The notes under the pieces are model-generated. The model did not search any database and was not told where the DNA came from. It was given only the letters and a program-made list of their open reading frames with translations. Shown here in pieces: positions 1 through 9,679 of a DNA stretch of 64,000 nt. Where the stretch lies: positions 12,663-76,662 of the forward strand of contig JAILRE010000050.1 in assembly GCA_024698505.1 (NCBI GenBank), read 5' to 3'. Within the stretch, counting starts at the first letter, position 1; the number at the start of each line of letters is the position of its first letter. The translations under genes and the position numbers were made by a program. This DNA is from Clostridiales bacterium (GTDB lineage Bacteria > Bacillota > Clostridia > Christensenellales > CAG-138).

Positions 1-811
1 TCTCCTTCAAGCCCTCGTGCGCGGCGCGCATAATGAGTTCGCCCGTACCGAAGCTCGTTGCCCTTAGCGGATCGAGCTCCGCACCGCCGCAAAGAGCGAG
101 CCCGCTTGCGAGGGCGGATTCTATTACGGCCCTGATACCGTCCGCAACGAGGTAATCGGCCTTTATCTTTTCGCCGTAGGGGCCCGTTACAGTCATGCTG
201 CGGCGCATGGAAAGCACGGCGTTCTCCACGGTTTCAAGCGTTCCGTCGCCTCCGTCGGCAACGGGAACGGGTATCAGTTCGGTCTCGGGAAGGCGTTTTC
301 TGAGCGCCGCCGAAATATGCTTTATGGCTTCAAGCGAGGAGATCGTGCCCTTGAACGCATTCGGAGCGATCAGTATATGCCCTTTTCCGGTATAGGCGCG
401 CCTCCGGTCGGCCGTCTCGCTGAATACTATACTGCGGCCGGATCCGCCTCGGCAAACGCCGTCCATTCCGACCTCTCCGAAGTACTCCATGTCCTCGAAA
501 TTCCTGATGACGTTATTTTGAATGAAAGGCTCCTTCGCCTCGAGCATGGCGTGGATACGCGCGTCCCCATTCAGCTTTGCGTACAGCGCGCGCATCTGCT
601 TTATCCCGCCGTTCATAAACACGACGGTATAGACGCCTGAGCTGTCCCGAGAGTCGATCGGGCATACGCCTCCGAAGATTTGAAGATCAACTACGTCCTT
701 AACGGTGAGCGCGCCTGTCAGCTCGGAAACGACCGCGCCGACGTCTTCATCCGAAACGGAAGAACGGTAAAAATCGAATCTTATCCCGAGAGCGAATTTA
801 AGGATGTCCAT
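1..811 (-). CDS. glxK: Glycerate kinase (GlxK/GarK family) with long N-terminal extension; runs off the left edge of the window
   Basis: Not in the ORF track because there is no stop in the window. Manual translation from ATG at 811 is open to base 1 and contains ILIAPNAFKGTIS, PVADGGDGT, VTGPYG, IESALASGL and ATSFGTGELI, which are glycerate kinase signatures. The start overlaps the clp stop (TAATG). Confidence 0.85.
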   Translation of the reverse strand, partial: MDILKFALGIRFDFYRSSVSDEDVGAVVSELTGALTVKDVVDLQIFGGVCPIDSRDSSGVYTVVFMNGGIKQMRALYAKLNGDARIHAMLEAKEPFIQNNVIRNFEDMEYFGEVGMDGVCRGGSGRSIVFSETADRRRAYTGKGHILIAPNAFKGTISSLEAIKHISAALRKRLPETELIPVPVADGGDGTLETVENAVLSMRRSMTVTGPYGEKIKADYLVADGIRAVIESALASGLALCGGAELDPLRATSFGTGELIMRAAHEGLKE

Positions 812-3162
812 TACTTTTCGACCTTCCTAACGATATAGTTGCCGTTTTCGAATAGTACTTCGGCGGAATCGCCGCTTTTGATCTCTCGATTGAGCACGGC
901 GAGACTTACGGCGTCCTCAGCATGAATGGAGATAAGGCGAGCGATATTCGAGGCGTCCCCTGCGGATGCCGCTGCAATGCCGCAAACAACGCCTTCGTCG
1001 AATTCAAGGGAAACGCCTTTTCTAAAAGCCCTGGCCTTAAGATCGTTCAGTTTGCTCTTAACGATGAGACTCAGCGCGTTTTTATCGAGCTTATTGAATA
1101 CGATAACCGCGTCAGCAAACGATATGACCGAAGCCGGAAGCACGGAAGCCGCCGCTTTACGGACGTCTTTCGAGGTATCCGTGCCGCCGTTTGCGAACCC
1201 GACAGAGGTATTGCGGGCGTCAGTATCGACGCAAAGGGCTATCAGACAGTTGCGGAAGCTTACAGTCCTGCCTCTGCCGTCCTCGATCCTGCCGTTCATG
1301 AGGATATCAGTCATAAGCGAAAGCACCTTGGCGGAGCAAAGCTCGGCAGATCCGACAAGTATGACCGAAACGGGATGAAGCCTTACGAATTCGGTGAGCC
1401 TTCCGCCCTTTTCAGCGTCCTTATACCCAGACGGCGCGCCTACAAGCCTTATAACAGCCGAATCGTCGGCAAGCTCGCCGCCATTCAGCCGAATGACCGA
1501 GGAATTGAAAACAGTCTCGGCCAATCGTTCGATGAGCGTCTTCTTCCCCGTGTTTGCGGGGCCTGCAAGTATAAGCGAAGCAAACGGCCTTGCTGCGTCG
1601 CCGAGGCCCGCCGCAGATCTTCTCAGTATGGCTGATATCTCGTCTATCGCTTCATCCTGGCCGAAAACCTCCGCCTTAAGCTTCGATTCAAGGCGGTTCA
1701 GCCTTTCGTAACCGCCGTCTGCGGATACGTCCATCCCCGTCCTTTCGCTGACTACCGCGGCGATATCCGAAGCGGAAACGCAGGGCGTTTCACCTTTATT
1801 GGGATTCTGCTTCAGCTCGTTCCTAAGCTTTTCGGCAAGCTCGAAATCGCCCTTTTCTGCCGCGCGCTCGATGCGTTTTTCAAGGCTCTTTTCGCTTGCT
1901 ATGAGCCTTGCGCGCGAGCAGGCCTCGTCCATGAGGTCGATGGCCTTATCTGGCAGTCTCCTGTCCGCAACGTAACGGATCGAAAGCTCGATCGCGGAGG
2001 ATATGGCTTCATCGCTTATCCTTACGCCGTGATGCTCCTCGTAACGGGGTCTTAGCCCCTCAAGTATCGTCCTCGTCTGCTCCTCTGTGGGTTCGCTGAC
2101 GAGTATGGGCGAGAACCTTCTTTCAAGCGCGGCGTCTTTTTCGATATAAGTCCTGTATTCGTCTATCGTTGTCGCGCCTATCACGCGAAGCTCGCCCCTT
2201 GCCAGAGCAGGCTTCATTATGTTTGCGGCGTCTACGCTTCCCTCGCCGGAGCCCGCGCCGACGATCGTATGTATCTCGTCGATGAAGAGGATCGTGTTCT
2301 CGTCGTTCGAAAGCTCTTCAAGGGCCGTTTTAAGGCGTTCCTCGAACTCGCCGCGATAGCGCGTCCCGGCGATCATCGCGCCGAGATCCAGCGAGAGTAT
2401 CCTTTTCTTTTCAAGCGATTCGGGCACTTTTCCCTCCGCGATCCTTACGGCAAGCCCTTCCGCTATCGCCGATTTGCCGACGCCCGGTTCGCCTATCAGA
2501 ACGGGGTTGTTCTTCGTTCTGCGGCAGAGCGTCTGCAGGACGCGGTTGATTTCGGCCTCGCGCCCTATGACAGGGTCTATCCTGCCGAGCGCGGCGAGCC
2601 TTGAAAGATTCCTGCAATAGGTATCGAGTATCGGAGTACTGCTTTTAAGCCCGTTCCTTTGAACGGGAGCAGGCGCGGCGGGCTTTGGCGATTCGGCGGG
2701 TTCCTCGAATCGTTCGGGTTCCTCATAAGGTTTCTCGGAGCCGCCCTGAAGGAAGGCTCTGAGCGCTTCCCTGTCCCGGCACAGCGTCTCGACGATCCTT
2801 GCGCCCGTCGAATCCCTCTCCCTCATTATCGAAAGAAGGATATGCTCGGTGCCGATGAGATCCGCGCCCATCGATTTGGCTTCGTAAAGGGAGAGCTCCA
2901 GTATGCGCTTTACTGTCTGCGTGTTGCCGAAGCTGTCGGTGAATATGTTCCTTCCCCCGCCTACGACCGTATCGATATAGGGAGCGGCTTCCTCTGCGGT
3001 AACGCCGAGCTCAGCGAGCTTTTCGGCCGTTTTATCGCCGCACTTAATTATCCCCATGAGCAGATGCTCGCTGCCCACGAAGCTGTGACCGAACGATCTT
3101 GCCGCCTCCTGCGCGCCGGAAAGGGCGTTGACGGCGGCGTCGGTATATCTGGATAATTCCAT
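811..3162 (-). CDS. ClpC/ClpA-family AAA+ chaperone subunit with degenerate second ATPase module
   Basis: Two Clp-N repeats ([16 protein letters not shown]), D1 Walker A GEPGVGKS, Walker [24 protein letters not shown] and a UVR-like middle segment. D2 motifs are degenerate. Confidence 0.9.
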   Translation of the reverse strand: MELSRYTDAAVNALSGAQEAARSFGHSFVGSEHLLMGIIKCGDKTAEKLAELGVTAEEAAPYIDTVVGGGRNIFTDSFGNTQTVKRILELSLYEAKSMGADLIGTEHILLSIMRERDSTGARIVETLCRDREALRAFLQGGSEKPYEEPERFEEPAESPKPAAPAPVQRNGLKSSTPILDTYCRNLSRLAALGRIDPVIGREAEINRVLQTLCRRTKNNPVLIGEPGVGKSAIAEGLAVRIAEGKVPESLEKKRILSLDLGAMIAGTRYRGEFEERLKTALEELSNDENTILFIDEIHTIVGAGSGEGSVDAANIMKPALARGELRVIGATTIDEYRTYIEKDAALERRFSPILVSEPTEEQTRTILEGLRPRYEEHHGVRISDEAISSAIELSIRYVADRRLPDKAIDLMDEACSRARLIASEKSLEKRIERAAEKGDFELAEKLRNELKQNPNKGETPCVSASDIAAVVSERTGMDVSADGGYERLNRLESKLKAEVFGQDEAIDEISAILRRSAAGLGDAARPFASLILAGPANTGKKTLIERLAETVFNSSVIRLNGGELADDSAVIRLVGAPSGYKDAEKGGRLTEFVRLHPVSVILVGSAELCSAKVLSLMTDILMNGRIEDGRGRTVSFRNCLIALCVDTDARNTSVGFANGGTDTSKDVRKAAASVLPASVISFADAVIVFNKLDKNALSLIVKSKLNDLKARAFRKGVSLEFDEGVVCGIAAASAGDASNIARLISIHAEDAVSLAVLNREIKSGDSAEVLFENGNYIVRKVEK

Positions 3163-3179
3163 TGATTATTCCCTTCGGA

Positions 3180-3512
3180 CTAACCCGGAGGCCACTGCAT
3201 GCTTCTGCCGCCAAGCAGGTGCATGTGCAGATGCTTTACGCTCTGGCCGCCTTCCTCGCCCGTATTGATAACGATCCTGAATCCGTTTTCGGCGATACCT
3301 TCGCTGACGGCGAGCTTCTTGGCGACCTCGGTCATACGGCCGATGATCCTCGGGCCCGCTTCAAGCACGGAATCATAATGCTTCTTCGGAATTATGAGGA
3401 TATGCGTGGGCGCCTGGGGATCGATGTCCCTGAACGCGAGCACGTATTCGTCCTCATAAACCTTGGAAGAAGGTATCTGCCCCTCAATTATCCGACAAAA
3501 GAGACAATTCAC
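3180..3512 (-). CDS. hinT: Histidine triad nucleotide-binding protein
   Basis: CLFCRII N-terminus, HLHMHLLGG triad motif, WPPG end. Confidence 0.95.
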   Translation of the reverse strand: MNCLFCRIIEGQIPSSKVYEDEYVLAFRDIDPQAPTHILIIPKKHYDSVLEAGPRIIGRMTEVAKKLAVSEGIAENGFRIVINTGEEGGQSVKHLHMHLLGGRSMQWPPG

Positions 3513-4794
3513 CGTTCCTATCCTCCGTTATCGATCCTATTTTAACATCGACGAGCGTGTTCGCTTCGGCGTTTTTCGTCAGCACTCTGACGTAGCTGTC
3601 GGTATAGCCTGCGAACAAGCCGTCGTCATGTTCGGTTTCAATGAGCACGCTCTCCGTGCGCCCGATATGCTTTTCGAGGAACGCCCTTTCGAGCTTCCTT
3701 CCAAGCGCGATAAGCTCCTGCGCTCTTTCGGCTTTTTCGGCATTTGTGAGCTGACCGGGCATTTTATCGGCCAACGTGCCGCTCCGCCTTGAATACGGGA
3801 AGATATGCACCCTGGCGAATCCTATGCGCTCCATAAAGGCCTTCGTCTCCTCATGTTCTTCTAAGGTCTCGCCGGCGAACCCAGCAATTATATCGGTAGT
3901 GAATGCGACGAATTCGCCCTCTTCGCCGTAGCGCGCTCTGATCTTTTCGACTATCGCGGCATATTCATCAGCAGTATAGCCGCGACGCATCCTCGAAAGG
4001 ACGCTCGTACTGCCGCTCTGCAGCGACATATGGAACTGGCGGCAGACGCGCTTATTTGCGGTAATTCTATCGATAAGCTCGTCCGTCATGCCGTGAGGCT
4101 CGAGCGAACCCAATCGGATGCGCTTTATATTGTCAAGCCCTTCCGCGCAGTCGATGGCGTCGGCAAGATCCACGCCGCCAAGATCCTTTCCGTAATCGGT
4201 AAGATGGATGCCGGTAAGCACGACCTCCGCAAATCCCGCTTCGTTCAGCTTCTCGAATTCGCGGCGCACGGACTCGGGCCTTCTGCTCCTAATCGCTCCC
4301 CTTGCGAAGGGGATCGCGCAGTATGAGCAGAATCTGTTGCAGCCGTCCTGTATCTTAAGATAGGCCCGCGTGCGGCCTTCGGCAGTCGCCGAGATCTCCT
4401 CGAATTCATGCTCATGACGTACTTCTTTAATGATGCTTTGCGGCTGCGTCAAGCTTCCGACCTCGGCGCAGATATCGGCTATACGGCTCTTTTCGGCAGT
4501 CCCGAGAACGAACGAAACGCCGGGCAGCGCTTTTGCCGCTTCGGGGTATCTCTGTGACCAGCAGCCCGTCACTATCACTTTGGCTTCCGGGTTCAGCTTA
4601 TGGCACCTCGATATCATCTGGCGGGATTTCCTGTCAGCGATATTCGTGACGGTGCAGGTGTTTACGATACAGATATCGGCAGGTTCGGAATCGGATACGA
4701 CCAAAAAGCCGCGGCTCCTCAAAAGCCCAGCCATTGCGTCGCTTTCGTAGCTGTTCACCCGGCATCCGAGCGTTGTGATCGATACCCTTATCAT
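3484..4794 (-). CDS. mtaB: tRNA t6A37 methylthiotransferase MtaB
   Basis: TLGCRVN, NTCTVT, radical SAM motif CNRFCSYC; located in the prmA-rsmE-mtaB-hinT cluster. Confidence 0.93.
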   Translation of the reverse strand: MIRVSITTLGCRVNSYESDAMAGLLRSRGFLVVSDSEPADICIVNTCTVTNIADRKSRQMISRCHKLNPEAKVIVTGCWSQRYPEAAKALPGVSFVLGTAEKSRIADICAEVGSLTQPQSIIKEVRHEHEFEEISATAEGRTRAYLKIQDGCNRFCSYCAIPFARGAIRSRRPESVRREFEKLNEAGFAEVVLTGIHLTDYGKDLGGVDLADAIDCAEGLDNIKRIRLGSLEPHGMTDELIDRITANKRVCRQFHMSLQSGSTSVLSRMRRGYTADEYAAIVEKIRARYGEEGEFVAFTTDIIAGFAGETLEEHEETKAFMERIGFARVHIFPYSRRSGTLADKMPGQLTNAEKAERAQELIALGRKLERAFLEKHIGRTESVLIETEHDDGLFAGYTDSYVRVLTKNAEANTLVDVKIGSITEDRNGELSLLSDN

Positions 4795-5513
4795 TGCTCC
4801 AGTTCGTACATTATCTGCGCAAGCACGGCCATGCCCGCGGTTTCCGTCCTAAGTATCCTCCTGCCGAGCGATACCGCTGTCCCGCCTGCGTCGATGACCT
4901 TCGATACCTCGCCGGGCTCGAAACCGCCCTCGGGACCTATAATAACCGCAATGCTCCGAACGGATCTATTCGTGCTCAGGATCGATTTCAGCGTGGTTTC
5001 ACTCTCGTTCTCATACGCGATAAGCACAAGATCAAAACCCGTAAGATCGGCTTGAGGGAGTTCTATCGGCCTCGTCACCTCGGGCACTCTCGCCCTGCCG
5101 CATTGCTTGGCGGCCTCCTGTGAGACCTTGTTCCAACGGACGATCTTTCCGTCCTTGCCTTCGATTTTGACGACGCACCGGCGGGAGACGGTTGGCACTA
5201 TGCGGCTGACGCCGAGCTCGACGCATTTTTGGATTATGACCTCCATCTTGCCCTGTTTGGGAAGGCATTGGAAAAGCGTCACCTCGATATCGGGATCTGC
5301 TTCGCAGACTTGCCTTTCGACGATCTCGAGCTCAACTCCGTCTTCACGGCAGGAAAGGATCCTCGCCAGGCATTCGTCTCCGCCGCCGTTTATAAGCAGG
5401 ACCTCGTCCCCGCTTTTCATGCGGAGGACGTTCCTGATATGGCGCGCGTTATCGCCGGTCAAGAGCACCGTATTTCCCTCAAGATCGAGGTTTTCGGCAA
5501 AGAAGCGCCTCAT
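4791..5513 (-). CDS. rsmE: 16S rRNA m3U1498 methyltransferase RsmE
   Basis: HIRNVLR, EAAKQCGR, IGPEGG, LGRRILRTETA. Start moved to MRRFF at 5513, giving an ATGA overlap with the prmA stop. Confidence 0.95.
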   Translation of the reverse strand: MRRFFAENLDLEGNTVLLTGDNARHIRNVLRMKSGDEVLLINGGGDECLARILSCREDGVELEIVERQVCEADPDIEVTLFQCLPKQGKMEVIIQKCVELGVSRIVPTVSRRCVVKIEGKDGKIVRWNKVSQEAAKQCGRARVPEVTRPIELPQADLTGFDLVLIAYENESETTLKSILSTNRSVRSIAVIIGPEGGFEPGEVSKVIDAGGTAVSLGRRILRTETAGMAVLAQIMYELEQ

Positions 5514-6484
5514 TTGAGCACGGCCTCCAGAGCGCGCCAATCCTCGCCCTCGCGGATCTCGCGGATGGAAAGACCGTTCTCCTCAAGCGCGGCAGCGACC
5601 TCGTCAAGCCTGTCGTCGATAATGCCGGAAGCGATGAAAACGGAGTCCTTATGCATGAGCTCCGGCACGAGCGGCGCAAGCGCTATTATGACGTTTGCAA
5701 CTATATTCGCAAGCACGATATCGTATTTTCGCCTCGTTGCGGCTTCCCTTATCTGCTTGTCCGTGAGTATGTCGCCGGTATAGACGGTGTATCGCATGAT
5801 GTCGATGCCGTTCTTCTCCGCTGTCTCCGCGGCGATCTTGGTGGCGACGGGGTCAATATCGATGGCGAGAGCGTCTTTGGCGCCCATGAGTATCGCGGAA
5901 GCCGAAAGTATCCCGCTGCCGCAGCCGACGTCTATGACGGAGTCGCCCTCCTTCAAATCCTTTTCAAGAAGCTCAAGGCACATCCTTGTCGTATGATGAG
6001 CGCCCGTTCCGAAGGCCATGCCGGGATCTATCCTGAGTATAGCCCTCGTTCCGTCGTCCTCCGTCTCCTCCCAAGTGGGGCAGACAGTGAGCCTGTCGCC
6101 GACCTTTATGGGCTTGAAATAGGCCTTCCAGTTGTTGGCCCAGTCCTCCTCGTCCACCTCGCGCGAGGTGACTTCAAGGGAGCCGAGAGATACCCCTATA
6201 TCTTGTTCCATCGCCTTGAGTTCCTTCATCGAGGCTTCGATCTTTGCTATCATGCCTTCGTTCTCGGGCAGCATGGCAAGGTAAGCCTTGACGGCGGGCT
6301 GATCGTTCAGCGCGGCGTCCTCGGCGTAATCCCAGTATTTGACCGCGTCGTTCATTATCCTTTCGACTTCGTCATGCCCCTGCACGACGCTGACCTCGTT
6401 TATGCCGAGCATCGACAACCTTGCTGATACGATATCCGCGCCTTCATCGGTCGTTGCGACGGTCACTTCGAGCCATTTCATCAT
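5510..6484 (-). CDS. prmA: Ribosomal protein L11 methyltransferase
   Basis: DWANNWKAYFKP, DPGMAFGTGAHHTT, DVGCGSGIL, ANIVA. Confidence 0.95.
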   Translation of the reverse strand: MMKWLEVTVATTDEGADIVSARLSMLGINEVSVVQGHDEVERIMNDAVKYWDYAEDAALNDQPAVKAYLAMLPENEGMIAKIEASMKELKAMEQDIGVSLGSLEVTSREVDEEDWANNWKAYFKPIKVGDRLTVCPTWEETEDDGTRAILRIDPGMAFGTGAHHTTRMCLELLEKDLKEGDSVIDVGCGSGILSASAILMGAKDALAIDIDPVATKIAAETAEKNGIDIMRYTVYTGDILTDKQIREAATRRKYDIVLANIVANVIIALAPLVPELMHKDSVFIASGIIDDRLDEVAAALEENGLSIREIREGEDWRALEAVLK

Positions 6485-6611
6485 CCGTTCCTCCGTTCGA
6501 TCTTTTAACTTTACTATTATAACATAACGGCTGCGATTTGCATAGATGTATCATTTTTGATAAAGCCGAATAATAGAATCGAATGAGCCGAAAACGTAAA
6601 GGAGTTTGTTT

Positions 6612-8090
6612 ATGGAACTGATCTGGAAAGAGATCGAGGCCGAAAGGCTGATAAGCAATGAAACCGTACAGGTACATATCGAGGGGGAGCTTCCCTCGCC
6701 GGACGGAAGAACGCCAATCGAAATACCGATTGCGACGGCGCGGGTAATAGTGGAAGGCGCATCCGCTGATGCCGGGGAAATAAGGATCTCGGGACGGATC
6801 GCCGTGCAGGTTACGGCGACGGACGAATCGAATACGCCGTTTGCTTTCGAATCCTCCGCGGGATTCACGCACAGAATTGAATGCGGAAAGGCGCTTCCCG
6901 GTATGCGGGCGATGGTATCTCCGTCCGTGCAGAGCATCGCAGTGACGCCCGCCGCATCGGGAGCTTCGATAAGCGCGGCGGTGGATCTTAACGTACGCCT
7001 TGTTTCCGCCGTTCCCTTAAAGGTCACGGGCGGTATCGCGGGAGTGAAGGATCTTGAAATCAAGACAAAAACCGTTAATTGCACTTCGAAGCAGCTGATC
7101 GGAAGCGACACGCTGCGGCTCCGTGAGGAGCTATCCGCCGAGGGTATAGGAAGCATCGTCAACACCGAGGGGCAGATCAACGTGCGCGACGTATCGATAG
7201 AGCAGGGCGCGGCGGCAGTCAGCGGTACGATCACGGTATCGGCAGTTACCGTTGACGGAGCGGGAAGGTTCGGACAGCTGATCCGCCAGATACCGTTCAG
7301 GGAGAAGATAGCTCTGAACTTGCTTGCCGACAGGCCATACTGCACGGCAAGCATAGATTCGATCTATCTAAGAGCCCTTGGAGAGGAATTCGCTCTCGTA
7401 TCGATGGAGGCGCAGGTCACGTTCAGCGTATTCGGGCTTACCGAAAAGGAGCTGACGCTTCCCGTCGACGCGTTCTCCCCTTCCATCGGGTTCGACTGCC
7501 TGTATGACGAAGCGATGCTCCTCTCCTGTGAAGGGAACGCGACGGAGCAGCTCTCGCTGAAGGAGACCATCCCTCTTCCCGACAACGCTTCCGAGATGGC
7601 CGCGCCTCTCTTCGTAACCGCAAGACCGCTCGTAACAAGCGTTGACGTCGACGGAGAAAGCATATCGATCGAAGGAGTTTTGGCGACCACGGCCGCATTC
7701 GAAAGCGCTTCGGGAAGATGTTATACCTTCACGGAGGACGTCCCTTTCTCCGCCTCAATTGATAACCCCACGGGCGCTGATATGCCCCTTGTTACAGCTT
7801 CATGCTCCGCGCAGATAACGGGCACGGCCGAAAGAGCGCTCCAGATACAATACTCGCTGCTGCTCAACTCCGAAATACTGAGAACCGAAAGGATAGAAGT
7901 CGTCACGGGGCTTGCCGAAAGGGAGCTTCCCGAAAGAAAAAGCGGGATAGTCATAAGCTTCGCGTCATCGGGAGAGGACGTTTTCGACGCCGCGAAAAGA
8001 TACGGCGTCAGCTGCGAAAGCGTTAGAAAGCTGAATCCCGACATTAAGGAGCCTTTTCTCGAGGGAGATAAGCTGATAATTCTCGTATAA
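6612..8090 (+). CDS. SPOCS (DUF3794) repeat plus C-terminal LysM spore-coat morphogenetic protein, SipL-like
   Basis: Three similar beta-rich repeats and a C-terminal LysM-like segment (GEDVFDAAKRYGVSCESVRKLNP...GDKLII). GGAG RBS precedes the ATG at 6612. Confidence 0.7.
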   Translation: MELIWKEIEAERLISNETVQVHIEGELPSPDGRTPIEIPIATARVIVEGASADAGEIRISGRIAVQVTATDESNTPFAFESSAGFTHRIECGKALPGMRAMVSPSVQSIAVTPAASGASISAAVDLNVRLVSAVPLKVTGGIAGVKDLEIKTKTVNCTSKQLIGSDTLRLREELSAEGIGSIVNTEGQINVRDVSIEQGAAAVSGTITVSAVTVDGAGRFGQLIRQIPFREKIALNLLADRPYCTASIDSIYLRALGEEFALVSMEAQVTFSVFGLTEKELTLPVDAFSPSIGFDCLYDEAMLLSCEGNATEQLSLKETIPLPDNASEMAAPLFVTARPLVTSVDVDGESISIEGVLATTAAFESASGRCYTFTEDVPFSASIDNPTGADMPLVTASCSAQITGTAERALQIQYSLLLNSEILRTERIEVVTGLAERELPERKSGIVISFASSGEDVFDAAKRYGVSCESVRKLNPDIKEPFLEGDKLIILV

Positions 8091-8100
8091 AGAGAAATAC

Positions 8101-8147
8101 AAAGGCCGCACAGCGCAGCGCGTAATGCTGAGGCTATGCGGCTTTTT
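8101..8147. terminator. Probable bidirectional intrinsic terminator
   Basis: AAAGGCCGCACAGC...GCTATGCGGCTTTTT inverted repeat between convergent genes. Confidence 0.6.
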
Positions 8148-8154
8148 ACTTTCT

Positions 8155-8730
8155 TCAGAGAGGTCTTGAGATCGTTATAGCGGTAACGGTATCGTTGCTG
8201 TCGTAGATGAATTCGACCTCTGCGCCGTTCGGGCGCGATCCGATATAGAAGATATCGAATGGATCCGTTTTGTCTCCGATCCTTTCGTTTTTGCCGAAAT
8301 GCTCGCGCACTCTCGACCTTTTCACGCCCACGCAGATGTTTCCGTCCGCAATATGTATTTCGGAGCCTGTGATTACGACGCGCGTCAGGACGGAGTCGTC
8401 TTCGCCCCCACCGGTTGCCGAGGGGCTGAAGTAAAACGTCGCTCCCTCATAGTAGAACGTCACGGTGCCTTCGCCGTTTGTTCCGTATGCCTTCTCAACG
8501 GGTTCTTCCCATACGCTAAGAAGATCTCCGGGATTGAGATACATAAGCGTTACGTCGACACGGCGGTTTGTTTCGAAATCGCTGAGGATGAGCTTCGTGA
8601 CCTTATGCTTTTGGAGGGCAACGAACAGCAGCAGTAATATGAACGGAACGACAAATAGAGTTTGGATCAAGCCCTTGCGGCGATCCACCTGCAAACCTTC
8701 TTCGCGTATTCTCATTTCCCCTTCGCGCAT
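8155..8730 (-). CDS. Hypothetical single-pass membrane protein
   Basis: GAGGAGG RBS before the ATG at 8730; one hydrophobic helix (LFVVPFILLLLFVAL) then a soluble domain. Confidence 0.65.
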   Translation of the reverse strand: MREGEMRIREEGLQVDRRKGLIQTLFVVPFILLLLFVALQKHKVTKLILSDFETNRRVDVTLMYLNPGDLLSVWEEPVEKAYGTNGEGTVTFYYEGATFYFSPSATGGGEDDSVLTRVVITGSEIHIADGNICVGVKRSRVREHFGKNERIGDKTDPFDIFYIGSRPNGAEVEFIYDSNDTVTAITISRPL

Positions 8731-8829
8731 AGCATTATCCTCCTCAGAGGAATTATATGCCGCGAAGCTTGCCGCTGTCAAGGCAAAATAAGGACGGGCG
8801 ATCGCCCGTCCTTTCATTCTTACTGCGGT

Positions 8830-9309
8830 TTACTTATTGAGCAGGAATACGCCGAAATTCAAGTAGGCGGCGAAGATCAGCCAGAGTATGTACGGGAACT
8901 GGAGATTTCCCGCGGTCGTATCGATCCTCTTGAATTTTGCGGTCATCCATATCACGAGCCCAAGAAGCATGAGCAGCCAAACGAAGGCCGCGAGCCTCAG
9001 CTCGAGCGAGAAGAATATGGGCGACCAGAGCGCGTTGAAAAACAGCTGTACGGCATAGAGCGTCAGCGCGGACTTGGTCTCATGCGTGTTGGCAAGATAG
9101 ACCCTCGCCGCGGATATGCCCATAAGCGTATACAGCACGGTCCACGCTATCGGGAACAGCCAGCCGGGCGGAGAAAGGGGCGGCTGTTTGAGTGAAGCGA
9201 ACTCCTTCATCCCCTTCATGCTGAAGAGCGCGGATATCAAACCCACGCCTATCGCCGCGCCGATGCTGATGGCGTACACCGCCGCATTGCTGATTTTGCG
9301 TCTTACCAT
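8830..9309 (-). CDS. tspO: TspO/MBR tryptophan-rich sensory membrane protein
   Basis: PPLSPPGWLFPIAWTVLYTLMG, NALWSPIFF, PYILWLIFAAYLN; GGAGG RBS. Confidence 0.9.
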   Translation of the reverse strand: MVRRKISNAAVYAISIGAAIGVGLISALFSMKGMKEFASLKQPPLSPPGWLFPIAWTVLYTLMGISAARVYLANTHETKSALTLYAVQLFFNALWSPIFFSLELRLAAFVWLLMLLGLVIWMTAKFKRIDTTAGNLQFPYILWLIFAAYLNFGVFLLNK

Positions 9310-9372
9310 TCGATGAATACCTCCTTGGATCGTCAATATTATTATATATGCTTATTTTTCATAAAATTATGC

Positions 9373-9401
9373 TTGCATTTTGAATCGGAGCGTGGTAAAA
9401 T
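9373..9401 (+). promoter_or_regulatory. SigA-type promoter for rpmB-glyQS
   Basis: TTGCAT-17 bp-TAAAAT with extended -10 TG. Confidence 0.6.
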
Positions 9402-9470
9402 ACTTGCGTTTGATTTTTAAGCCGTATGCTTATCCAGGCAAGCGGATTATCTCGGCAAGGAGGTGTAAAC

Positions 9471-9662
9471 ATGAGTAAGTATTGTGAGGTTTGCGGTAAG
9501 GGCACCATGAGCGGCAACCTTGTCAGCCATTCCAACAGGAAGACGAGGACGAGCTGGGCTCCCAACATTCAGCGCGTCAACGTTATCGTCAACGGTACTC
9601 CCAAAAAGATGAACGTCTGCACACGTTGTCTTCGTACCGGCAGGGTACAGCGCGGCGTCTGA
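9471..9662 (+). CDS. rpmB: 50S ribosomal protein L28 (zinc-ribbon form)
   Basis: MSKYCEVCGK...VSHSNRKTR...NIQ...CTRCLR; AAGGAGGT RBS. Confidence 0.95.
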   Translation: MSKYCEVCGKGTMSGNLVSHSNRKTRTSWAPNIQRVNVIVNGTPKKMNVCTRCLRTGRVQRGV

Positions 9663-9679
9663 TCACGCAGGGTATCTTT

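Noticed and set aside
6540-6600. Sporulation sigma-factor promoter upstream of the SPOCS/LysM gene
   Set aside because: Only a weak resemblance to SigE/SigK boxes; not supportable by eye.
9426-9679. Longer upstream starts in the ORF track for rpmB and glyQS (also rsmE, ecfT, GH53, YitT, SDR, Dabb)
   Set aside because: Downstream starts fit the RBS positions and family N-termini better.
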